From: Veleropilina oligotropha
Lineage: Eukaryota
Assembly (NCBI GenBank): GCA_048128005.1
Contig: JBEUKZ010000009.1
Location: 434,001-498,000, forward strand
Length of the DNA stretch: 64,000 bases
Reading direction: 5' to 3'
Shown here: positions 13,271 to 23,240 of the stretch, in pieces
How positions within the stretch are numbered: the stretch's first letter is position 1
Layout of the letters: each line of letters begins with the position of its first letter
Made by a program: the position numbers and the translations under genes
The notes under the pieces: generated by a model
Databases searched by the model: none
What the model was told of the DNA's origin: nothing
What the model saw: the letters and a program-made list of their open reading frames with translations, nothing else

Positions 13271-14487
13271 GAGCAATGAAGACAAGTATAATGTTTGAAA
13301 TACTTAAATTTACCACGTACAATCACTTTTGCATTTATAACCGAATTTTCAACAATTTCATTATTTAAAGTGCAGCCATGGACTATGGGCAAAACTAAAT
13401 ACACAGCAGGAAATTGATAATTATATTTACCTATGTGTCAGGTTTGTATCAAACGATCCGTAACCATAATTATCGACACAATTTTAAAAAATATATATAA
13501 ATTGCCTCATCCTGTTACCATGTCGAATATAATAATGCACCACAGAAGATTAAAACGATACCAGTACAATATTTATCAAAGGGTCTCTATATCCTTCTTG
13601 CAGTGTTTCCATGTTTAATTTATTACTTAATAGTTATCAATGCATGTACGAATTCAGCACTACAAAGCAACCTTTGATATGCTGTATATCACAGTATATA
13701 TCACTATTATCTGAGAAGTTTACAGATTGTCATCATTGCGATGTACACTAACTATGATGCACCATTTACAACTTATAAGTATTATCATTAAATATTGCAT
13801 TAAATCAGTTTCTTTACAAGATAAGAACATGCCACGCACTTCACCAGTTACCACCATGATCCGGTGGCTGGCCAATGAGCGAAATTTGCACAATGTCTAA
13901 ATTGTCTTCATTTATTATCAAAAAAGTCTTTACATTAAAAAAGTTTGCTTATCATTTATTACAAATTTAGATGAATTTAGTCTGAAAGAAAATAATTGTG
14001 CAGGCGATAAAAATAGGGCATCTCTTCATTTGTAGATTACTTCAATACAGGTCACAGAAACGCTCCGGAAGTTTGGCATCAGATTTCCATTTGAATTAAC
14101 GGTATTAAGGACAATAGTAAGCATTAATGGATGATTTTGATTCATTTCCGCAGGCAATACAGGTACATGCTTTATAACTTCATTAAAATATTTTATTAAT
14201 CATGATGCTAAATGATTTGTCAATCAGTTTAAAAGTAAAAGTCAAATAATGTATTTATGTTAAATTGTCATTCGTATCCTTACAAAACTAAATCATAAAT
14301 AGTATTTATTTAAATTTAGACTTATCCAATTAATTTCTTTAAGAATTAAACATGTTTAGAATTTTTAAATGTATTTAATTCATTATTGATTGTTTTAATT
14401 GTACATAATAACTAACAAATATAATTAATTATGGAGTAGCATAACTAACACATCACTCTTTAGACCAAGATCTGCGATGGTACCTAC

Positions 14488-14556
14488 ATTGCAGAATTGT
14501 TCCCAGCATAGCCAGCGCAAGTCCATCGAGATAAGCGGCGCTTCTTCGGGATGCAT
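14488..14556 (-). CDS. Candidate alternative first coding exon (MHPEEAPLISMDLRWLCWEQFCN)
   Basis: ATG at 14556, donor AAT|GTAGGT in phase 0 compatible with the PVDLT exon; CpG-richer upstream region with a CCAAT box near 14691-14699. Confidence 0.45.
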
Positions 14557-16995
14557 CGCGCAGACGTCGAGATGCGTATGCTTGTTAGGTGTTGGTTGCA
14601 CCCGTCCAGCCACACCTTCTACACACAACATCCGAGTGCCGTCTCTGATAAACTCGCTGTCATGCCAACAAAACTTTACAAAAAGACTGCAGCCAATCAA
14701 ATCGCGAGGATATCTCATTAGCGGCAGGTAAAATCCGGAGGTATGAATTTGTATGTCGAAGCAACTATCAACATTCCTCTGCAAGCCGGCTCGCAACTGT
14801 CTAGTGTCGGAGATTATGTCGAATGCAGACAGAGAATTGTACGAGAATTTCTCTTCCTGAAGAAAGATCTTCACTGTGCAAATTTCGTGCGTTAAAATTT
14901 TTCACTATGGCAAAAAAGACGAGCGATGCATCTCCCACGTTCAAACGTTACAATAAATACTGCAAACACGCGTACAATTATTACTACAAATACGGGCTTC
15001 AACAGGGAGTAGTCTGTCAACATGCGTCTCACAATAAGAACACTCAGATTGTTTATACACCAACCGTTAGCCCTGAATACGGCCCGAATCCTATCGGCCT
15101 GCCTTGCACTGCACAATTGTTCCGTGTAACAACCTTTGACACAGCAGACAATGTGCATCCTTTTAACAAGCATATTAGTTTATGTGTTTTGCTAAAAAGT
15201 CATAACACCTCAAAATATTATTGTAACTTAAAATTTAATGCCATACAATGACACCAAAGATGTCGTTTCTGACTTAACAGGATGCTAAGTTCAATATATG
15301 GATGTGAAGTTATTTACATTTATATATAATGTTGTGAAGTGGATTTTGATTTTTATATAAACAACTCAATATTACATTAATAACAATTAACACCTGAATC
15401 GTTTAAATTAGAATAGGTTTACCGGAATGTTTTAAAAATCATTTTCAATTGTAAATATGTGTCTGCTAACACCCAGGTCGCTCGCTTACTATATATTATA
15501 TATTTACAATGAAAAATTTAAAGATTTGCTGATTTTGTCTCTCCGTTCGAGAAAACAAGAAATTATGAGCCAGATTCTAGCCAACCACTTGACAGGTATA
15601 AGCATACATATAGAAGATATATGTACATCGCAACAGTGTGCTTAATCCTACTTTTACCGTATAAATACATTTTCTTGTTAACAGAGCCTACTTTTATTTA
15701 TACATCTTCCTATTAACAGATTCAGTCGTTTTGTATCCATAACATTCTATGTCTTGCATACTTGAAGGTATCAGGGGTTAGAACAATTGTTCCTCTCGAC
15801 ATTTGGGATCAAGAGCAGCTATGCAGCCTCACTGCGCCAGTGGCTCGTTGACACAGGTGTAGATTCTAATACTTTGACTCTGCCATGTATCAAGTCCTTT
15901 TATCGCAAAATGCTGCTTAATCTTTGCTGTTTGTCAGCTGCAGCTCTGGTCCGGCACAGCCTATCACTGAGCCCCGTTAGTCAAACACGGTTGGCCTGCC
16001 CTTTCCGCCCTAGACTTTGTTGTGACACGTGTGCTGTGGTCGAATGAAGCTTGCACACCGTTTTGGAATCTTGTATATCAACACTGCATAGAATTATACC
16101 TTTTTCTCCGACTGTATAGTCATTAGAAACCCATTATCCGGAAAAGCATATAACACCATCGGCAAAGGGTTGGTTAATTTATGTTTGCCGAGTCGGTGTG
16201 TTCGAGGGGAGGTGCTAGGCGGGCAGGCGTGCTGTTCGCGGGAGTAGACGCCATTCGGGACAACTCTAGCCTCATTCGAAGAATCAACACTTTTCGTTAA
16301 CGCTTCTAGCACCTGCCTTGATACACAAACATTTCACGCCCATATGGGTAATTTCGGTGTGGCTTGACTGTAGAATTGAAACATTTCAACTCTACATGTA
16401 AATTGGATCGGCACATGGGGTGAATAATTTTCTGTTGATCATAGTATTGGTGTCTGCGATTCGTGCCACTGCAAAAGGAATTAAATTTTCATACACTATT
16501 GCTCAATTTACAGTAAACTGTGTGCCACAAAAACAGTACACGCCCAAAATGAAAGTATTGATACCTTAATTTCTAAATCAAATAAAAAAGATGCTGACTG
16601 AAAATTTTGTTTATTTTATTATTTTTGACCTGTTCAAAAGTGACTTAGAAGTCTATATCCGTATAACTGTAGTTTCTTGAGTAATTTAGTACCGGTAGTT
16701 CATTACCTTGCCAATAGGTTGAAAACTTGCTTAATATATTTTATGTAGATTATAATGAACAGGATTTAACTTTACCCACAAAATGTATATCCACAACTTC
16801 GAAATGCCTTAACAGACAACAGAAAGAATAATCCAAAGGTATTGAAGCAAACCAAAGAATAAAATTCAATTCTAATGTACGGATAATTTGTATTAAATTG
16901 AAGTTAATTAAATCTAAGGCCATCATGATATACTATATTTTGCATATTATATTGACAAATCTATAAGAAACCCTGATCACGTACATTAATTGTAT

Positions 16996-17940
16996 ATAGG
17001 TTAACCAACGTGGAACTGAGCATTCGTGAAAAATAATGCACGAGGGCCGACAGGCCCGAGTGCATTATTTTTCACGAATGCTCAGTTCCAAGTTGGTTAA
17101 CTTATTTAATCCATCTTAGCCAAAATAAACTGTGTTATGTGTTTAGACAATACTAGTCTATTAATATTAAATTACATCGTCAAATTACTCAAATATATAC
17201 ATTTGACGTGAATAGGATATGATGTTTTTCTCCGGAATCCCCTGTCGGACATCGGTCTAATTAAATAGAATCATCTTTATGAATAGACGTTTAATGTGCT
17301 CGTTAAGTGCAATTATACCGGCATGCAGGGCGAAATATTTTTGCGTCACGATGATGTACATTTCAAAGCACGCTACACTTGGCTTCAGATGTTTGACCAG
17401 AGCACACGTGGGAATTACCTCTGCAGAGAGCATCAGGTATAGTATAATATTGCAAATATATGTTGTATTTTAACGACATTTCTGTGATATAATATTTAAA
17501 TAGCTCTCGGTGTTCGTTTCAAAGTAAAGCAATGGAACATCGTTCATATGAACAACAGCATTATATGGAGTATTGCCAGATTCTTCTGAACGTTAAACGT
17601 GTATTACATTTTCTTCATTTGGGTAACGAATTTAATGTGCTTGAAGTTTGTTGTCAGTGCAAAAGTGTTGTCTACGTGTTAAAATAATTAATATTTTCTT
17701 TTCAGTGTCCACGTGTACTAGAATGGACTCGTCCACAGATAAATCTACCTCTTTGGATTATATACTGCGTTAAACATGCTTTCCTCATTTTCTGGAATGG
17801 AATCGTCCATAGCATGGAATTAATGCACATAACGCTTGTTTAATTGGTCTTTTAAGCAGACACAATGATTTTGTAGCAGTGGATTCATGTAGAATAATCA
17901 ACAGTTATAACAAAAGAAAACTAGGTCAAAATGGATTAAA
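16996..17940 (+). mobile_element. Crypton-like hairpin element, copy A (family also at 27958-28870 and 28872-29816)
   Basis: ~105-bp terminal hairpin, ttaatccat/atggattaa inverted repeat, internal ~650 bp shared with copies B and C. Confidence 0.75.
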
Positions 17941-18862
17941 ACTGTTTAATCCTTATTTATGGTGCCAAAGAAAATACCACTATTTAATTAACACAAGATC
18001 GCTTCAAATTCAAATGTAAACGACACAATCATGCGAGTTCACATTTCGCATTTTGTTTTAGGATTTATTTGCTTATATCATTAAAATATCACCAAGGCTA
18101 CTAAATGCATTATTTTCATTCGAATTATGAAAGCTAAAAAAATGTGATCTTTGTCCATTTTACACCTCTGGCAGCCATCTTGTTTACAGTAGACGTTTTT
18201 ACTGATGACGAGAGGTTCTGCATCTGACAATGAATATCTTGTAAGAGTAAAAAAGAAATATATTTATTCAATTATATCGCAAATTTTAAATTTAAAAGTT
18301 GCTTGCCAAGTATTCTCATGCATTCATTACATTTGCTTTTCGTTCTACTGGATTTGCTGAATTGTGGCAGTGTTGCGCGTAATACAGTTCCTTGCCTAAT
18401 ATACAATTTGCTCGGAAAATGAAATAATATTTGATATTACACTTGTTCTAAAGGCGGCCGAATTAATGCAACAAATGTCGACCTCTGTCGAATAAATATA
18501 CAGGCTAGTCGCGTTTCAGCACACCGACAGTTTACCGACAACTAGCATGGACCGTCCTCGACAAGTGACTTCCGCGAAATGGGCTTGGCGACCGTTTTGT
18601 GTCTACAAAAATAGATAGGAATCCTCTATTGTCTTAGGCGAGCAAACATTGCTACATGTCAAAAAGACGCCTGACCTGTGTTTGCATCCCTGCCCCTGCC
18701 ATCCCGACGACCCCGCCTACTGACATTCAAGGCAAATTGGAACAACAAACACACATGAACAACATCTGCATCCGCAGACAATACCAGGCCTAAAACAACC
18801 GCCAGAGACAATATGAAATCAGAATATGAGGTTTTAATTTAAACCTAATATTAGTTAAAACA

Positions 18863-19065
18863 TACTTACGTCCTTACTCTTGCCATAATAGTAATATTAT
18901 CGCTAACCGGAAACAGTGAATAAGTCACATTATGCACTCTTTATAAGTCAAAACGTACCACGATCACCTCCCCTGCTCCCGCTCTCCTAAGTTCCCTCAG
19001 CGAGATCTCGCCAAGTCTCGCGAGACGTCCGAAGCATCGAAGTCACAAGACCTCAATTCAAAGTT
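18863..19065. repeat. DIRS copy 1 3' ITR (203 bp), with terminal extension 18824-18862
   Basis: Reverse complement of 26086-26288 with no mismatch seen. Confidence 0.93.
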
Positions 19066-19123
19066 CAGAACCCCAAAGGAACTTAGTAGAGGGGAGGAAT
19101 GCGAAGCAGGGTGGGTAATCGTG

Positions 19124-19213
19124 GTAAGGACGTAAGTATGTTTTAACTAATATTAGGTTTAAATTAAAACCTCATATGTAGTTACAAACTTACTTACGTC
19201 CTTACTCTTGCCA
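19124..19213. repeat. DIRS copy 1 internal complementary region (ICR)
   Basis: Reads as element 3' end joined to element 5' end (...aaaacctc ATAT gtagttacaaac...). Confidence 0.92.
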
Positions 19214-20046
19214 GAATAACCTTGGATAGGTGGGTAAGAAGTTCCTTACAGCAAACCCAAACAAGATAATGACTTACTTTTCACCATGTCAATCAGCTCG
19301 AAGCGTCGATTGTGTCCGCCCAGAGTGGAATTTACTGAGTATTATTCTACCCTTACCAAGCGAGAAGTTCGACCAGTGTTACCGGGAGAATACGCCGTGG
19401 TGTTAGTCGGACGAGGTGAACGGAAGTGCAATCAGCCCCTGGCACGGCCGGAAGGATGAATCCCTGTAGGTCTTACGTGTCATGGACCAGTGGCAGCCAA
19501 ATGGAACTCCGGGCCTAAAGGCCGGCAGCCAGAGGATGCAGTCGGATTTGTAAGCACACGGAACCTAACAGGTTGTGAAAGCTTTAAATCAAAGCAAAGA
19601 ATTAATAGATTATTGCAAGTAATCGATATTAATAATTGAATCGCATGACCAACTTGCGAAATGCTAACATGTACGACATGTCACTTAAAATAAAATTTTA
19701 AGGAAGCAAATAGGTACGACATGTTACTTAAAATAAATTTAAGGGAAGCAAATATTAAATTTTCCCAATGTCTTGAACATCGTATGGTCTATACAGCATA
19801 GAACATCAATAATATTGAACCTCAAATCTTATAAGTTTGTCGCAATATTTTTGTTTATTAAATTCAATGCAATCTGGCTTGTCAGTATACTCAGAAAAGA
19901 CATGAAGTACAAAATCTTAAAATGTTTTTAAGAAATGAACAGACATTGAATCGCCTCATAATGTGTCGATTTCATCGAACATCTAGGCCAACAAATAACA
20001 ATGCGTCAGCATGAATTATGTAGATTGATCAATCAACAAATAATAC

Positions 20047-23004
20047 TCACTGATTAGACGACCTCGGCCTAACAATACAACGTTGAGCAGCCACACATTG
20101 TAGGGTGCTCAACCCGTCAGCCCCGGTTGAATAGTCCCGCAGATAATACTTAACGAAGACATTAGCTGTTTTCCAGTAAGCTGCTTGAAGCAACGCTGTA
20201 ATATTTAAATTATGTCGGAAGGCAATGGAGGCAGCTATCGCACGGACCTCATGTGCGCGCACGGATAAAATAGTGCGGTCTACTTCTTCACAGCGAGAGT
20301 ACACATCTCTCACCACCTGTGAAATCCACCGCGAAACAGTAGTCTTGGTAATGTCATGGGTGAAGGAAGGTAAATACGAAATGAATAAACGCAATTTTCC
20401 CTGTCTGAAATCACGGGTTCTGTCGAGGTAGAAACGCAGGGCCCGTACCGGGCAATTTAACCGGTCCTCATCATGCCTTCCGACCAGCGTAAGCTTGGGA
20501 ATAATAATATCAGGAGCGTCCTCGTTCGGCCGCTGGTTCTTGGCGAGGAAGCCCAGAACAGGACGCAGCAACACCGACCCGTCTGACTGGAATCTAATAT
20601 CACGAAGCTCGGCGGATAAGCTATGAATCTCGGAACAACGCCTGCCCGACGCTAAGGCGATCAGAAAAACTGTTTTGTGCGTTAAGTTCCTCATAGAAAT
20701 CGTGGACATCGGCTCATACGGAGGTAAGAGTAATGCGTTAAGAATTAGAACAATATTCCAGGCAGGAGGCCGAATGGTTCGGGTCGGTAACTCGAGTTCG
20801 TAGGATCTAATAAAATCTGAAATCGTACGGTCGTTAGAGAGGCCAGCGTGGGCACGACACTGTTTTAACGTGGTCGCGATCGTTGCCCGATAGCCTTTGA
20901 CGGCGGACACTGACATACCGCGGTCGAAGAGCGACGATAAAAACTCGATAAATTTGTTCACAGGGGGACGGAGTATATTGACCTGCCTGCTGTGACACCA
21001 ATCCACGTACTTAACCCATCGGTAGTCATAAACTTTTGTCGTGGAAAGCCTTCTCGATCGATAGATGCGTAGGGCTGTAGCTTTAGAAAATCCTTTCTTA
21101 GCAAGGGATCGTTCGATAACCGCCAGGCGTGTAAACGTAAGTCGTTCGGCGATTCGTGGAGTACACGGGTGCGTGGCTGCATTAACAGGTCTAGTTTCTG
21201 CGGTAACGCTAACGGTCGATCGACGATCAGATCGAGGAGGGTCGGAAACCAAGGTTGCGTGCGATATAGGGGAGCTATTAGCGTTATCTCGCAACGTTCG
21301 TTCGATGCCTTCTGTAATACCAGTGATAGAATGCACGACGGGGGGAAGGCATACGCGGACAGATTCTCCCATGTCATTGACAGTGCGTCGACCGCCAGGG
21401 CGGCCGGGTCCGGGTACGGGGAGACATACAGAGGTAGTCGGTAATTGAATTCTGTTGCAAACAGATCGACTTGGGGTTGCGACCACCGGCGGCAAACATC
21501 CCGAGCTACTCGGCTGTGTAGCGTCCACTCCGTGTGTATTATCTGTGATTTCCGAGAGAGCGAATCCGCTCTGACATTCAGCCTTCCCGGGATGTGTCGG
21601 GCTCGAATCGTCGAGTTGAGGGACATCACTAAGCGGTGTAGGTCGATTGCTCGGTCGCAAAGGGGACGCGAGCGAGTGCCGCCCTGGTGCTGAATGTAAG
21701 CGACGACAGTCGTGTTGTCCGTGGCGAGCATTATGTGCTTGTTGCGGAGATGTGACGAGAGGGACCGTACTGACAGGTAGACTGCTTCTAACTCTAGGAA
21801 GTTGATGTGTCGTCCCTGAAGGTCCGTCGGCCATAGGCCTGATGTCTCGTAACTGTCGAGGTGACCACCCCAGCCGTCGTTCGAAGCGTCTGTGAACAGG
21901 TAAGCGTTCGGCTCTGGCGGGGAGATAGGAACCGACTGGTCCGGCAAAGCAGGGTTCAACCACACTGCTGTTGTGTCGGTAAACCAATGCCGTAGATCGA
22001 TGCGATCCGTCCACTGCCCCGTCCGTTGTATCCAGCGATCCCTGAACGCCTGCTGCAACGGTCGTTTGTCCATGCGACCCGTCGGTAGCAGGGTCGCTAC
22101 CGACTCGATGTGCCCTAGGACAGTGGCCAGTTGTCGCGCTGTAGTTACGTCCGATGACAGGGTGTCTTGGATAACCGCGCGTAGGTTCCGCATACGCTTC
22201 TGGGTCGGCTTCGCGGTGTACCGGACCGTATCGAAGTCGACTCCGAGGAACGTAAACGTCGTCGAGGGTACGAAGCAGGATTTCGTCTCGTTGACCTGAA
22301 ATCCCAGTCGCTCCGTCGATAACAGGGTAAAGCTCGTAGACTGGAGGCACAGATCCCGGGACGCCCCGAGGATCAGCCAGTCGTCGAGGTACATATGTAC
22401 CCTGTGCCCTAGAGAGTGTAGGAAGGCCCCGAGGGCCTGTACTGTTCTCGTGAAGACGTAAGGGGCTGACGATAGACCGAACGGTAGGCACCTGAATTGG
22501 TAAATCGTCTCCCCGTGTATAAACCGAAGGTACTGATGAGCCGTGACATGCATCGGGACATGCAGATACGCGTCGGTTAGATCGATAGACGCTGCCCAGT
22601 CGCCCGGACGGATGGCCGCTCGAATCTTCGAGAGGGTTTCTTGCTGGAATTTCTCGGTACGAAGATATCGGTTGAGATATGAGAGATCGAGGATCGGTCT
22701 CCAGCGGCCATCGGGTTTCGGGACCAGGAAGAAATGGCTGTAAAATCCTGGTGTGCTGGGCGGCGCGGGATAGATCGCTCTTTTTAGGAGCAAATCCCGC
22801 ACTGCCTGGTCTAAGACCGCTTGTTTCTCTCCGGTTAGGAGGCGAGCGTGTCTTGGTGGTGGTGCCTCGGTTAAGGTCGGATGCCGGTTGAATGCCAACT
22901 TGTATCCGGCACTCACGACTAAGTGGACCCAGTTGCTGTCTGTCAGCTCTAGCCACGACTGGCTGTGCGATGACAGGCACGCTCCCACCGGCGGAAGCGA
23001 GCAA
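20047..23004 (-). CDS. DIRS copy 1 ORF3: tyrosine recombinase (C-terminal ~360 aa) with long N-terminal part overlapping pol
   Basis: ALASGRRCSEI (R), FLAKNQ (K), AHEVR (H-x-x-R), AYW, KYY (Y); frame is open back to the gag stop at 23032. Confidence 0.92.
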   Translation of the reverse strand: MLASAGGSVPVIAQPVVARADRQQLGPLSRECRIQVGIQPASDLNRGTTTKTRSPPNRRETSGLRPGSAGFAPKKSDLSRAAQHTRILQPFLPGPETRWPLETDPRSLISQPISSYREIPARNPLEDSSGHPSGRLGSVYRSNRRVSACPDACHGSSVPSVYTRGDDLPIQVPTVRSIVSPLRLHENSTGPRGLPTLSRAQGTYVPRRLADPRGVPGSVPPVYELYPVIDGATGISGQRDEILLRTLDDVYVPRSRLRYGPVHREADPEAYAEPTRGYPRHPVIGRNYSATTGHCPRAHRVGSDPATDGSHGQTTVAAGVQGSLDTTDGAVDGSHRSTALVYRHNSSVVEPCFAGPVGSYLPARAERLPVHRRFERRLGWSPRQLRDIRPMADGPSGTTHQLPRVRSSLPVSTVPLVTSPQQAHNARHGQHDCRRLHSAPGRHSLASPLRPSNRPTPLSDVPQLDDSSPTHPGKAECQSGFALSEITDNTHGVDATQPSSSGCLPPVVATPSRSVCNRIQLPTTSVCLPVPGPGRPGGRRTVNDMGESVRVCLPPVVHSITGITEGIERTLRDNANSSPISHATLVSDPPRSDRRSTVSVTAETRPVNAATHPCTPRIAERLTFTRLAVIERSLAKKGFSKATALRIYRSRRLSTTKVYDYRWVKYVDWCHSRQVNILRPPVNKFIEFLSSLFDRGMSVSAVKGYRATIATTLKQCRAHAGLSNDRTISDFIRSYELELPTRTIRPPAWNIVLILNALLLPPYEPMSTISMRNLTHKTVFLIALASGRRCSEIHSLSAELRDIRFQSDGSVLLRPVLGFLAKNQRPNEDAPDIIIPKLTLVGRHDEDRLNCPVRALRFYLDRTRDFRQGKLRLFISYLPSFTHDITKTTVSRWISQVVRDVYSRCEEVDRTILSVRAHEVRAIAASIAFRHNLNITALLQAAYWKTANVFVKYYLRDYSTGADGLSTLQCVAAQRCIVRPRSSNQ

Positions 23005-23240
23005 CCGGGACCGTCGCGAATGCCGGCAACCCTAGGGCCGAGGCTTCCCTCTCCCGCTCTGCTTGCGGGATTTCGCTGGAGGTGCTTGTTTCTTCGGAGT
23101 GGGTTTAACGGCCGGAGGCCTACCACCCGAAGAGGGTTTCGCACGCTTAGAAGGCTTCGGGGCCGGGGTGGGCCCTGAGCGCTTCTTCGAGCCGGCAGGT
23201 GGACCCCGGGTGGGGTGCAGTACTGCCTTCTCGATGGCAC
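20958..23240 (-). CDS. DIRS copy 1 pol: reverse transcriptase, RNase H, DNA-adenine-methyltransferase-like domain
   Basis: FLVPKPDGRWRPILDL, IDLTDAY, LPFGLSSAP, YLDD; FTDAS, HINFLELEAV, TDN, NVRADSLSR; VDLFA...YAFPP...LIAP. No in-frame ATG before the RT core. Confidence 0.95.
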   Translation of the reverse strand: MPSRRQYCTPPGVHLPARRSAQGPPRPRSLLSVRNPLRVVGLRPLNPLRRNKHLQRNPASRAGEGSLGPRVAGIRDGPGCSLPPVGACLSSHSQSWLELTDSNWVHLVVSAGYKLAFNRHPTLTEAPPPRHARLLTGEKQAVLDQAVRDLLLKRAIYPAPPSTPGFYSHFFLVPKPDGRWRPILDLSYLNRYLRTEKFQQETLSKIRAAIRPGDWAASIDLTDAYLHVPMHVTAHQYLRFIHGETIYQFRCLPFGLSSAPYVFTRTVQALGAFLHSLGHRVHMYLDDWLILGASRDLCLQSTSFTLLSTERLGFQVNETKSCFVPSTTFTFLGVDFDTVRYTAKPTQKRMRNLRAVIQDTLSSDVTTARQLATVLGHIESVATLLPTGRMDKRPLQQAFRDRWIQRTGQWTDRIDLRHWFTDTTAVWLNPALPDQSVPISPPEPNAYLFTDASNDGWGGHLDSYETSGLWPTDLQGRHINFLELEAVYLSVRSLSSHLRNKHIMLATDNTTVVAYIQHQGGTRSRPLCDRAIDLHRLVMSLNSTIRARHIPGRLNVRADSLSRKSQIIHTEWTLHSRVARDVCRRWSQPQVDLFATEFNYRLPLYVSPYPDPAALAVDALSMTWENLSAYAFPPSCILSLVLQKASNERCEITLIAPLYRTQPWFPTLLDLIVDRPLALPQKLDLLMQPRTRVLHESPNDLRLHAWRLSNDPLLRKDFLKLQPYASIDREGFPRQKFMTTDGLSTWIGVTAGRSIYSVPL

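Noticed and set aside
14425..15251. 149-aa and 142-aa ORFs as standalone genes
   Set aside because: No recognisable domain; only the 23-codon spliceable part was retained as a candidate.
18420..18823. Possible degraded coding sequence at the DIRS copy 1 target site
   Set aside because: All frames checked are interrupted and no motif was recognisable.
19370..19590. Known self-cleaving ribozyme in the DIRS 3' region
   Set aside because: No CUGANGA/GAAA core or complete HDV-like pseudoknot could be assembled by eye.
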